NCBI RefSeq assembly: GCF_006345805.1
Contig: NC_042997.1
Span: 198,462,001-198,526,000, forward strand
Direction of reading: 5' to 3'
DNA: 64,000 nucleotides
From: Octopus sinensis
Taxonomy: Eukaryota
A program made the translations under genes and the position numbers. Each line of letters begins with the position of its first letter. Position 1 is the first letter of the stretch. A model generated the notes under the pieces. It ran no database searches, was not told where the DNA came from, and saw only the letters and a list, made by a program, of their open reading frames with translations. This document shows, piece after piece, positions 39,959 to 51,814 of this stretch.

Positions 39959-40382
39959 GGATCATTTCGGTTTGAACGGCAGTTTTTCCTAGCGGTGTCA
40001 TATGAAAATGTCACCCATAATTATGACCCAAGTATCGATCTATTGTATTTCAATCTGTTTTAGGGTTAGGGTTGGTTAGGGTTAGGGAGAAGGGTATCTT
40101 TTATCCTTCACAAATGTAAATAAACCCAATCTGTTTCTTAAACGTGGGACATATTCATACGGCACAGGAGGTTTTTTTTTACCTCAATAGACGTCACTGA
40201 TTGGTTGAAATTGCAGAAATTGAAGAAACAAAACAACAAATATCTTAAAAACTATAGAATTTTCACAATAAAGCCAAGAGAAAAATATGTTTTATAAACA
40301 CATTCTACCAGTATACGAAGTTTAAATTTTTTTAGTTACCTAGAAATTATGTTAAAAACTGCCGTTCAAACCGAAAAGATCC
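39959..40382. mobile_element. 424-bp MITE with 8-bp TSD and internal TTAGGG repeats
   Basis: TIR ggatcatttcggtttgaacggcagttttt / aaaaactgccgttcaaaccgaaaagatcc; TSD aaagttag (39951-39958, 40383-40390). Confidence 0.9.
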
Positions 40383-40853
40383 AAAGTTAGTCCTTACATA
40401 AATTCCATAGTTTCAGAGATAAACCTAAATTATACATCGTACAATATGAATTTGAAATTAGTTAATAATGCAGTTACTTTCTTACATGCGCCTAGTGGTT
40501 AGATTGTTGCACTTACAATCGCTAGATTGTGGTTTCGATTCCCAGACCGGGCGGTGCTTTGTGTTGAGCAAAACATTTCTTTTCAGAGTGCTCTTCGATC
40601 TCTCACGCTATCTTACGACCCTACTTAGCCACGCGCCTTCATCAAAAATACTTATTAACACATGAGGCGCGACGGGTCGCGACCGTGGCCGTCAGGTACA
40701 GATCGACAGGCTACGATCGTGGCCCAGATAGAGGCATTTATGGGCGTTTGTTGGAGTTTAATATCACTCAAACGCTCCGATACCCCTCAGAATGCAAGAG
40801 GATTAATTGTTCAACTAATGACTCTTCACAGAATGTAAAACTTGCCACCATTA

Positions 40854-41338
<485 letters not shown>

Positions 41339-41733
41339 TTTATACTAAGAAGATATTTTGACTATATTTTGTTTCTTTGAGTATGGTAGTCTTTGTGCTC
41401 AACAGTCCATGCTATGTAAGTGGAAATCCTAGTGCTTTGTGGGTTAATTATAAAAAGCTTCCACACAGCAAAATTCTTTATGACAAACGAGCCTTTGACA
41501 GCATAACTTGTTTAGGTATCGTACGACAAATACAACTTCAAAAGAAATGACGAATACATATCATAAACGATAGCTAGAGCCAAAAGAAAAAGCGTATAAT
41601 TTTGACGGCTGGGGAGTCAAATGCAAGGATAATACAAAAATATTCAAAATAGTGTAACAGAACAAAGTCCTAGAAAAAAAAAGATAATGACCCTTTGAGA
41701 TTTAGCCGTTAAATTGTTTTAATAGATAACTAT

Positions 41734-41942
41734 TAAATTATTTTTCGCTTTGGGATTTGGTTTGCAAGATTCTTTATATGAGTTCGTGTGTTGAAGCATA
41801 TTCTGAGAGTCAAGACTATTGAAAAGGTTGCAAGACGCAACGAAAATTTTAGGAAAATAAGAAATAAGGGGAAATCTTACAGTTGAGTGTGTTACATTAT
41901 AAGGCACAAAATGAAAATTACTCTCCCCAGACATAACAGAAT
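41734..41942 (+). mobile_element. Second, rearranged copy of the 31.7-kb hammerhead-bearing element
   Basis: Reverse complement of 31986-32055 followed by a direct match to 31853-31990. Confidence 0.85.
41816..41852 (+). ncRNA. Minimal type-I hammerhead candidate, U3-A8 variant
   Basis: cta TTGAAAA g gttgc aagac gcaac GAAA att t tag; helix II is 5 perfect bp. Confidence 0.6.
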
Positions 41943-42392
41943 ATTAAATTATCCATTCATATTTTAGGCTTTGGTTTATTTCCCTTTTAACTAAATCTAT
42001 TATAAAGATTATTACTAAGTAACATAGTGTTGCGCAAATATAACAATATCATTTCTCAGCGTTGTTTTAAGTGACGAGAGAAAGTTTAGATAAAGTGTTA
42101 CGTCTGTGTGTGTGTGAAAATAGTAAGGAATGACAGAGGGAATTAGTGTGAATGAGAAGGAAGAAACAAACTGCAAGCGCGCGGGAAGGGAAAGAAAGAA
42201 AGAAGTAAAGAGAACGGAAGAGAGAGAGAGAGAGAGTGAGTGAGAGTGAGAGGAGACGATGCAAGAAATGTGTAATAGTAGCTCAGCTTTACTTTCTGTT
42301 GCAACAACCATGACACAACAAATCAAAGACAAGGTGTTGTGTTTTATAACATTAGTGCGGAAGTGAGAGGGGAGGCACACATTCACACCTTA

Positions 42393-42442
<50 letters not shown>

Positions 42443-42493
42443 TACATACATACACATAAACACGTTTGTGCGAGAGTGGCGTATAGAATAATA

Positions 42494-42666
42494 TATTTCT
42501 TTACTACCCACAAGGGGCTAAACACAGAGGGGACAAACAAGGACAGACAAACGGATTAAGTCGATTATATCGATCCCCAGTGCATAACTGGTACTTATTT
42601 AATCGACCCCGAAAGGATGAAAGGCAAAGTCGACCTCGGCGGAATTTGAACTCAGAACGTAGCGGT
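42494..42666 (-). mobile_element. SINE family M (tail X), head-truncated
   Basis: Matches family consensus. Confidence 0.88.
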
Positions 42667-43810
42667 AGCGTATAGATTTATAATCGTTCCAAAACATAGG
42701 CACAAAACCACACATTTTAGAAGAATGGGCGATTATTCCGTCAGATTGAATTCAGTATTTGAATGGTATTTATTTTATCGGGCCCCCAGATACACGAAAG
42801 CAAGATTCAACTGAGGCTGGATCTGAACTCGGAACTTAAAAGAACGTGATTAATAAGCACCACAAGACATTTACACCCCTCTCTATTTTTTTCCATCCAT
42901 CAAATAGATTTAAAATGAATCGATCGAATATAAGAGAAGATAAGACTAAGTCAGCTTCGGCAATATTTGAACTCTCACCGTAGGGCGATGAAACTGAATT
43001 GTGCAACGCCTTCGATCGACCACAGCTGTTTCTCAAAACGCACGACAATTTATTGATGTTCGTTCGCTGACCCACGACACACTTGATACATAACACAACG
43101 TTCTAATATCGTCAATATCTTACACTCACATTATATATATGTATATATCCATAGAAGCAACGATCCATCAGTAGCTAGGCAACGGGCAATAACGGGGGAG
43201 GAGTAGAAGAAAAAAATATATATAAACGTAGAAAAGAGTTTTCGGTCAAAACATATCGTTTTGAATTAGTAAATCTAGTTACTACTACAACTGGCACGGA
43301 TAATTACCCAGAAACATGGATATGACAGTATTTATTCATACTAATTAGAAGAAAAAAAATTACAATGAATGTGTTTCGAATTCATGCTGTCAACAGTAAA
43401 GTGTACGGAGCTGAATTTATTTTCCTGGCTCTGATCAAGTTGGCGCGCTATCTCCTACTGTAATGTCATAATGTCGTATCAGATGTATAAAAATGTGAAA
43501 GAAGAAGAATACAGAATTTATGTAAATACTTATTGAAAAATGTATGAGGGTTCTTTACTTTTTTTTTTTTTTTGAAAATTTCAAGAAGGTGATGAACAAG
43601 TAGTTGATTTCTGAAAGAGATTTTTGTTAGAAAAATATCTAATGGAGAGTGTTTAAATCAAACGGAAAACAACTTACTTACCAAACCAAAATGAATTCTT
43701 TTCATTGATATTAAAATATTCTTACCTGTGGAAAAAAAAAAAGAAAAAAGTTCAGCATTTGCAATAAATTTTATAAAAACAAAAGAAAAATCTTTTTTAT
43801 TATCTATTAT

Positions 43811-44226
43811 AGGTGCAGGACTGGCTGTATGGTAAGCAGCTTGCTTACCTACCACATGGTCCTGGGTTCAGTCCCACTGCGTGGTACTTTGGGCAAGTAT
43901 CTTCTACTATAGTCTCGGGCCGACCAAAGCCTTGTTAGTGGATTTGGTAGACGGAAACAGGAAGAAGCCCGTCGTATATATGTATATACATATATATATA
44001 TATATGTATGTGTTTGTGTGTGGGTGTGTTTGTATTTGTCTCCCCCCCCAACATCGCTTGACAACCGATGCTGGTGTGTTTACGCCCCCGTTAACTAGCG
44101 GTTCGGCAAAAGAGACCGATAGAATAAGTACTAGGCTTACAAAGAATAAGCTCTGGCGCCGATTTGCTCGACTAAAGGCGGTCCTCCAGCATGGTCACAG
44201 TCAAATGAGTGAAACAAGTAAAAGAA
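43811..44226 (+). mobile_element. SINE family K, full length
   Basis: Head aggtgcaggactggctgtatggtaag; tail gaaacaagtaaaagaata. Confidence 0.9.
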
Positions 44227-44486
44227 TATTTCTTTAATGAGCATTTCACGTATTAGATTTGCGTTCCTTTAGGCTTCGAGTTCAAATATCGCCGAGTTTA
44301 AGTAAGCCTTTTATTTTAGCGGGTTCGATGAAACAAATATCACTCCAGTAGTAAAGTCGATTTAATCGAATTTCAGCCCCCGCCCCGCCGCATTTGAAGC
44401 CTTGTGCCTTTACAAGAAATCAATATTACATGCTAGTTACATATTTCATCGACCGAGGAGTAATGAAAAGCAAATCCAGTACGGGT

Positions 44487-44524
<38 letters not shown>

Positions 44525-44697
44525 AATATTAGGGAATAAATCCAAATTTACAGGGAAAAAAATCAGATTTAGGATTAAATCCAATTTATAGTAAAATATT
44601 ATAAAATATTATTAGAGACAAAACCACTATTTTGCAAAACAAACAAGGAAAGACTTAATCAATACATAAAATTTTAATAAATAGTCAAAAAAAACCG

Positions 44698-44740
44698 CCA
44701 CTACAATCGTTTCTTGTCTTGATCGACAATCTTCAGGTGG
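44698..44740 (-). ncRNA. Minimal type-I hammerhead ribozyme (canonical core, GUA site)
   Basis: Exact mirror copy of 44774-44816. Confidence 0.85.
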
Positions 44741-44773
44741 ACTTCCATAATTCAGAACTGAATTATTGGAAGT

Positions 44774-44816
44774 CCACCTGAAGATTGTCGATCAAGACAA
44801 GAAACGATTGTAGTGG
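44774..44816 (+). ncRNA. Minimal type-I hammerhead ribozyme (canonical core, GUA site)
   Basis: ccac CTGAAGA ttgtc gatcaa gacaa GAAA c gatt gt A gtgg. Confidence 0.85.
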
Positions 44817-45006
44817 CGTTTTTTTGACTATTTATTAAAATTTTATGTATTGATTAAGTCTTTCCTTGTTTGTTTTGCAAAATAGTGGTTTTGTCTCTAA
44901 TAATATTTTATATATAATATATATATATATATACCATAGTAAGCACATAAATGTCAAACAAGATGGACAAAAGAGTACTCAAATACCAGAGCTAGAGTAA
45001 TATGCT

Positions 45007-45164
45007 TTATTTAAAAGTAGCAGAAACATAACAAAAGCTGTTACTCAGAGTTTCACGTTCCCGTTCGTCGGACAGTTTTGTTTACTATTTTAACAAAACT
45101 GTCCGACGAACGGGAACGTTAAACTCTGAGTAACAGCTTTTGTTATATTCTGCTTTTAAATAAA
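45007..45164. mobile_element. Fold-back palindrome (about 70-bp arms) of a second hammerhead family
   Basis: ttatttaaaagtagcagaa...gacagttttgtt / aacaaaactgtc...ttctgcttttaaataa. Confidence 0.85.
45038..45075 (-). ncRNA. Minimal hammerhead candidate (U4C core variant, GUA site)
   Basis: ctgt CCGACGA acg ggaa cgt GAAA ctctgagt A acag; the plus-arm copy at 45099-45136 has G12 changed to T. Confidence 0.65.
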
Positions 45165-45166
45165 GA

Positions 45167-45237
<71 letters not shown>

Positions 45238-45375
45238 ATCTGTATTCGTATCACTTGGTAGAAGAACTAAAGTTAGCAGTAGATATTAAATGGTAGAAGC
45301 CAGAAGACCTTTGGATACAAGCAGGATATTGGTGAGAAAATCAAACTTGCTTAGTCATGTAGCAAAGACCAATGT

Positions 45376-45650
45376 ACGTTATTTAAATTTGACAGACATT
45401 TGTCCTCATCTTATTTGTTGTTAACACAATGTTTCGGCTGATATACTCTCCAGCCTTCAACAAGAGTCCTGGGGAAATTTTGAACCTTGGTTCTCATTCC
45501 TAAGGTATTTTTCTGATGTTGTTGTCATTATTATTATTATTAAAGTCACTGTCTGGAAACGAACTCGGAATATGCCCACGGGCATATGACATGGTGGTTA
45601 AGAGCGCGGCCTACTAACCCCAAGATTCCGAGTTCGATGCCAGGCAGTGA

Positions 45651-45685
<35 letters not shown>

Positions 45686-45874
45686 TTGAAAAATAATAAC
45701 ATCAAAAAATACCTCAGGAATGAGAACCCAGGTTCGAAATTTCCCCAAGACACCTGTTGAAGGCTGAAGGGTATATCAGCCGAAACGTTGCGTTAATAAC
45801 AAATAAGACGAGGACAAATATCCGTCAAATGTAAATAATGTACATAATTCCTGATCGCTCAAATATAGAACAGT
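45376..45874 (+). mobile_element. tRNA-headed, hammerhead-tailed SINE-like element integrated as a head-to-head fold-back
   Basis: tRNA-like head 45577-45652, (AAT)n, tail with HHR; inverted partial copy 45372-45577; direct repeat aaagaccaatgt at 45364-45375 and 45875-45886. Confidence 0.75.
45750..45793 (+). ncRNA. Minimal hammerhead candidate (A6U; palindromic ACGU helix III, GUU site)
   Basis: acac CTGTTGA a ggctg aagggtatat cagcc GAAA cgt T gcgt; mirror copy 45424-45467 retains gtgt for helix I. Confidence 0.65.
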
Positions 45875-46754
45875 AAAGACCAATGTGTTTCACAAAAAGT
45901 GAAAGTCGAAACTTCGCCGTTTCTCATTTCCAAATCTATAGCCGCGAAGAAAAGGCAAATTGTCGAACTAAATGTCCTTCTATATAAAGTTACTTGTCTT
46001 TATATTCTGAGTTGAAAGCCAGATTGAACTTTCCCTGCTCTCGCGTTCGAGAATGATAATTTAAAGACCAGGTATATAAGGCAGATGTTAATCAATTTGT
46101 CAGTCAACCCTCGAATAAATTTGTGTTCTTATTGTAGTACAACATGCAAATGCTTTAAGAACAAGTGAACCTCCATGCCGTCCATCGAACTACTAGAAAT
46201 AGCAGCCAAGGCGCACTCTAACCGCGTTCAAAAGGAAAGCATTTGATAAACTCTTAGATTATTACTGGATGGGGGAAGACGTTCGGATAAACGCCTTTAC
46301 TTGTAGATTTGTTCAGTCTGAAGCTAAGGAACAACGAAGGTAAAGATTAGCTTCTAGGTTGTTTATCACAAATATCATTGAAAGCAACAGTGGAAACCAC
46401 GAGTTACGAAGACTTCTTAATATTATTTGCTAGAGGAAAAATAATAATAATAATAATAAAATGATACACTAATAGCAGAAGACCAATGAATAAAATACCT
46501 TGCTATATAGTTAGTTGTGTTGTGAGTTTGAATTCCACTGAAGTCAAATTTGTTTTTCATCTTGCCCGGGTTGATTAAATGAAATACAACTTAAGGACTG
46601 GGGTTAATTTAATTGACTCTATGATCTCACGAAAGGTGTTGCGTCGCCATGTTAGAATTCAATAATTATGTGCAGAAAAGAAGCCAGCAAAGTGGAAAAA
46701 TTATTAAATTATGCCGGAGAAAATGCTGTGGCATTTCGTCTGTTCTTACGTTTA

Positions 46755-47200
46755 AGGTGGCGAGCTGACAGAATCATTAACATGGCGGGGAAATGCTCAA
46801 AGGTATTTCGTCGGTTGCACGCCGAGCGAAAGGCTTAGCGGTATTTCGTCTGCCGTTACGTTCTGAGTTCAAATTCCGCCGAGGTTGACTTTGCCTTTCA
46901 TCCTTTCGGGGTCGATTAAATAAGTACCAGTTACGCACTGGGGTCGATATAATCGACTTAATCCGTTTGTCTGTCCTTGTTTGTCTCCTCTGTGTTTATC
47001 CCCTTGTGGGTAGTAAAGAAATAGGTATTTCGTCCGTCTTTACGTTCCGAGTTCAAATTCTACCGAGGTCGACTTTGCTTTTCATCCTTTCGGGAGTCGA
47101 TAAATAAAATAAGTACCAGTCGTGGACTGGGGTCATTGTAATCGAATTACCTCCTCCTCCGAAATAACTGGGCCCCGGACCGAAGTTTGAAGCCAATAAT
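46755..47200 (+). mobile_element. SINE family M composite (extra head fragments, X unit, Y unit)
   Basis: Junction aaagaaatag|gtatttcgtc at 47024/47025. Confidence 0.85.
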
Positions 47201-47686
47201 TATGCACATAAAAAAACATTTAAATGAGAAAAACAAAAAAGACAAAACTCTTCCGTACATCACCGAATAAAATGTTTTCCGATATTGAATTTCGTTCATT
47301 TCCGTAATGAGTTGAAATCCTACCGAGAACAACTTGGCTTTTTATTCTACGGGATTCCAAAACATACCAGTCAAAACTGGGTTAATTTCATCATGAGCAT
47401 CCAACCTCAAAAAATAGGTGGCATTGTCATTTCGTCAGAAATCAATACTGTTAAGTTCAGAAAGAACACAGAAGTGTCAGAAACGGTAGATTGGCTCGAT
47501 ATCATATGACCGGGAATATTTTACTCCTTGACCTCGCACAGGTTAATTACTGCGTGCGAGACACTGGGGAGATTGCAAAACAGAATAAGTACAACCATTT
47601 ATTGTTTTTGATTTATTAATTTAACGTTTTCCTCATTGTGCGTATTCGGTGATTCTCCTCATCAAACACACGCATATGTATGAGTG

Positions 47687-47960
47687 ATCACGTGACCGAC
47701 CAGGCTATCAGATGTTGCTACACATCGCTGGTCACAATGCTCCTCGCATTGTTTTAGACTTCAAATGACGCCACCCCGCTGTGTGAGAGAAAGTTGTGGC
47801 GAAAGAGTACAGCAGGGATCGCCCCCCCCCCCTGCGGAGCCTCGTGGAACTTTAGGTGTTTTCGCTCAATAAACACTCACAGCGACTGGTCTGGGTATCG
47901 AAACCGCGACCCTATGACCGCGAGTCCGCTGCCCTAACCACTGGGCTATTGCGCCTCCAC
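47687..47960 (-). mobile_element. SINE family R, tail B (internal deletion)
   Basis: Tail ...acatctgatagcctggtcggtcacgtgat. Confidence 0.88.
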
Positions 47961-48163
47961 GAGTGTTAATATATGTATGAATGTATACTCTTCTAGTTTT
48001 ATTTAAATTATTCTGAGGAAGGAGCTGGTTCCTTACAGAGATAGAAAAGTTATATCGTTGTATTGTAGATAACACAAGCAATGGCACATTTTAAACTTTA
48101 GAAAAGTCTTGTATGTTTTGTGCTGTTCCATTTACAGATTATATTTACGTATGAGTTTGCGAA

Positions 48164-48375
48164 GGCGGCGATCTGGCAGAAACGTTAGCACGCCGGGCGA
48201 AATTCATAGCCGTATTTCGTCTGTCGTTACGTTCTGAGTTCAAATTCCGCCGAGGTCGACTTTGCCTTTCATCCTTTCGGGGTCGATAAATAAGTACCAG
48301 TTTCGCACTGGGATCGATGTAATCGACTTAATCCGTTTGTCTGTCCTTGTCTGTCTCCTCTATGTTTAGCCCCTC
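48164..48375 (+). mobile_element. SINE family M (tail X)
   Basis: Matches family consensus. Confidence 0.88.
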
Positions 48376-48678
48376 CAAGGGCTTGGACATCCGCATTGTT
48401 TCTATCAAACAAATTTCTCAAGCGTATGGTAGAAAACACTTGCTTAAGATACTGCATGGTGTCATCGAAACCAGATCTACGTGATTATTTAAGGAACTTC
48501 TTAACGACACAAACCATAGCTGTTCATTATCCTTTCCATGCAATATTCTAGCCTTACCTCAGTAAGAAATCCGTATTTTTCTTAAGTAAGGTAACAAAAG
48601 GGAAACGCCTATAATGATTAACCAAAACTTTTCCTCAAATACTCAAAACAATTTAATAGTTACATTGCTTTGTAACAG

Positions 48679-48981
48679 TCACCGTGACCGACCAGGCTAT
48701 CAGATGTTGTTACACATCACTGGTCACAATGCGCTTCGCATTGTTTTAGACTTCAAATGACGCCACCCGGCTGGCTAAGCGAGCAGGCCAACAGAAGAAA
48801 GAGTGAGAGAAAGTTGTGGCAAAAGGGTACAGCAGGGATCGCCACCACCCCCTGCTGGAGTCTCGTGGAGCTTTACGTGTTTTCGCTCAATAAAGACTCA
48901 CAACGCCCAGTTGGGGAATCGAAACCGCGATCCTACAACCGCGAGTCCCCTGCCCTAACCACTGGGCCACTGCGCCTCCAC
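48679..48981 (-). mobile_element. SINE family R, tail B
   Basis: Full head and tail B. Confidence 0.9.
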
Positions 48982-49159
48982 ATCAGCAGATATATTGCAT
49001 ATAAACAAAAAGTGATCAACTTTTATCACGTCTGAAATGAAGAAATAAATAATGCAGTAGGATGCAAGGGGCTTTAAAAATTTCAAATTTTAATCTAGGA
49101 AGTAAAACATTCAGTTAGGTTCCAGTAAACAGAACCGGCCTCATTCAGTAGTTACTATT

Positions 49160-49525
49160 GTCTGTGTGGTAAGTAGCTTGCTTACTAACCACATGGTCCA
49201 AGGTTCAGTCCCACGGCCTGGCACCTTGGGTAAGTGTCTTCTGTAGCCTCGGGCGGACCAAAGCTTTGTGAGTGGATTTGGTAGACGGAAACTGAAAGAA
49301 TCCCATCGTATATGTGTATATATATGTATATGTGTGTGTTAGTGTGTGTGTATGTGTATGTTTGTACCCCCAGCATCGCTTGACAACCGATGCTTGTGTG
49401 TTTACGTTCTCGTAACTTAGCGGTTCGGCAAAAGAGTCCGATAGAAGAAGTACTAGGCTTACAAAGAATAAGTTCTGGGGTCGATTTGCTCGATGGCCGC
49501 AGTCAAAGGACTGAAACATGTAAAA
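49160..49525 (+). mobile_element. SINE family K
   Basis: Slightly diverged copy. Confidence 0.85.
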
Positions 49526-50712
49526 GTGTATGGAAGGGGACTTCTACCTCAGTGGAATTGATCTCAGAAATGAATGGAAACAAAATAGATATTGGTTTCG
49601 TCAACAAGCAATTGCAATCAGGAAAAATCGATTATATTCACCCCAATACTTGAGTCTTCATTCATTTTATCGCCCTTGATTGGAAAAAAACACAAATTTG
49701 TCAGAGACAGGATTTGAAATCAGAACGCAAAGAACCGGTGCAATTTTATCAGACTTCCTAACTGTTCTGCCAATCTGGCTGAGTAAATATAAATTTGGTC
49801 AAATCCAACGCATTTCAACATTATAAATTAAAATATATTTGAAAACCATTCTGTATTCAATAAATCAAATGTCTTCTTGTCATTGTTGTATTCTCAATAT
49901 TTTCCCAGACAAACAAGATGAATGACTGTTAAATATTTAAGAAACATGATGGGGGATTATCGAGTAATGTGTTTTCGAATTGAAGTTTATTAAAAATATC
50001 ATATTGCTTTAAACTAATTGTAATGTCATTCAATGTTGATTCTGAGTAGCTATTATTTTCAGTCCACTTTAAATTTTAACCGTCAGAGGTCGATAAAATA
50101 AGTGCAGTACTGATCGATAAAATAGCACTCAGATCGATATAATTGATTATACCCTTAAAGATGGCGCTGCTGAATAACAAGAGTGAAATGGCAGAAACAA
50201 GTGAAGGGAAAGAAATGGAAAATGAAAAAAAAAAGGCAAAAATATTAAATAATTGTTGAATAATTTGTGGAAAGACACGCAATTGTTAACGATTAATTAA
50301 ATCTGGTTCTCAAACCGTTTCGCACGTGTAAGTTGCCTTTGCTAATATCAACTGATTTTACGGATATATTATAAACTAACAGCTTCCATTTACGAAATTG
50401 GCTGCTTGATCACTCGGAGTATTCACATGTCTGAAACTCCGAGTAATACTGGTGAGAATACCAGCTGTTAGCTTATAGATAAAACAAATTCTGTACAATG
50501 TTTCCAGTGGCCTTTTTCTCACGTCTTATAAATATAACGTATGCATGTGTGTGTAAGGCGTTGTATTGATCGACGCGGTGGAGCATCGGATAATCATTTT
50601 GGCTCTCTGTTCCCCGAGTCTAAATATCAACGAGATCAACTTTCACCCTTTCTGTTCGATAAATAAATACTAGACACGTAATGGGGTAAATCTTTTCCTT
50701 TTAAACTCTGTC

Positions 50713-50743
<31 letters not shown>

Positions 50744-50880
50744 GGAAGGAAGGAATGAATGAAGGAAGCAGCTGTGTTCAACCAGGAGCGGAATAGACTC
50801 CACCAGGTCTAAAAATGTCAAAGATGGTGTCTCCACAACTCCCAGAGAAGGCACACACCTATATCTACACACTCTCTCTC

Positions 50881-50915
<35 letters not shown>

Positions 50916-50923
<8 letters not shown>

Positions 50924-51202
50924 ACCGACCAGACCATCAGATGTTGCTACACATCGCTGGTCACAAGGCGTTCGCATTGTTTTTTAGCATTCGAACGACT
51001 AAGCGAGCAGGCCAACAGAAGAAAGAGTGGGAGAAAGAGTGGTGAAAGAGTACAGCAGGGATCACCACCCCCTGCCGGAGCCTCGTGGAGCTTTTGGGTG
51101 TTTTCGCTCAATAAACACACACAACGCCTGGTCTGGGAATTGAAATCGCGATCCTCTGACCGCGAGTCCGCTGCGCTAACCACTGGGCCATTGCGCCTCC
51201 AC
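50916..51202 (-). mobile_element. SINE family R, tail B
   Basis: Full head and tail B. Confidence 0.9.
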
Positions 51203-51206
51203 ACAT

Positions 51207-51237
<31 letters not shown>

Positions 51238-51466
51238 ATAGAAATATTAAAATTACTAAGTCTCTCTAAAAGAGATTACGGCAGCGTTACTGGAAATTAA
51301 TTGTTATCGCCATATTAATATGGCAGTCTTATAGATATAAGACTAAAAGCTGTCGCTGATTAGCTCCATGAGGCCATCGCCTTAAGATAGCTATTTGACA
51401 CACAAACTGTGTCCATTATAACCTTCGAACAAGGGAGGTCAGCCGCTTCACACTGCTAGTCAGACA

Positions 51467-51509
51467 GCTACAGACGCGTTTCAGGGTATTTGCCCTTTGT
51501 CAATGTAGC
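51467..51509 (-). ncRNA. Minimal hammerhead, U3-A8 variant, GUC site
   Basis: Exact mirror of 51772-51814. Confidence 0.75.
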
Positions 51510-51771
51510 GTAGTCGACCCAGCAGGTGTCGCCACTGATCGTCTCTGTTCGAAGGTATTATTTACCTAGTTTCGGTGGAATACATCCACTTGTTTTCAAT
51601 AATAGAAATATTAAAATTAATTTCCAGTAATGCTGCCGTAATCTCTTTTAGAGAGACTTAGTAATTTTAATATTTCTATTATTGAAAACAAGTGGATGTA
51701 TTCCACCGAAACTAGGTAAATAAAACCTTCGAACAGAGACGATCAGTGGCGACACCTGCTGGGTCGACTAC

Positions 51772-51814
51772 GCTACATTGACAAAGGGCAAATACCCTGA
51801 AACGCGTCTGTAGC
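51772..51814 (+). ncRNA. Minimal hammerhead, U3-A8 variant, GUC site
   Basis: gctaca TTGACAA aggg caaata ccct GAAA cgcgt C tgtagc; 6-bp helix I, palindromic ACGCGU helix III. Confidence 0.75.

Larger units (their letters stand above)
44600..44912. mobile_element. Near-perfect palindrome (about 152-bp arms), PLE pseudo-LTR-like
   Basis: Centre ttcag-aa-ctgaa; arms differ by 2-3 nt; flanked by (TA)n. Confidence 0.9.

Noticed and set aside
40660-40740. GC/CpG-rich patch after a SINE head; considered as an HDV-like ribozyme
   Set aside because: Could not build the nested double-pseudoknot pairings
45577-45652. tRNA-like sequence as a genuine tRNA gene (likewise all SINE heads)
   Set aside because: Acceptor, anticodon and T stems pair poorly and the head is fused to a repeat tail; SINE head, not a tRNA
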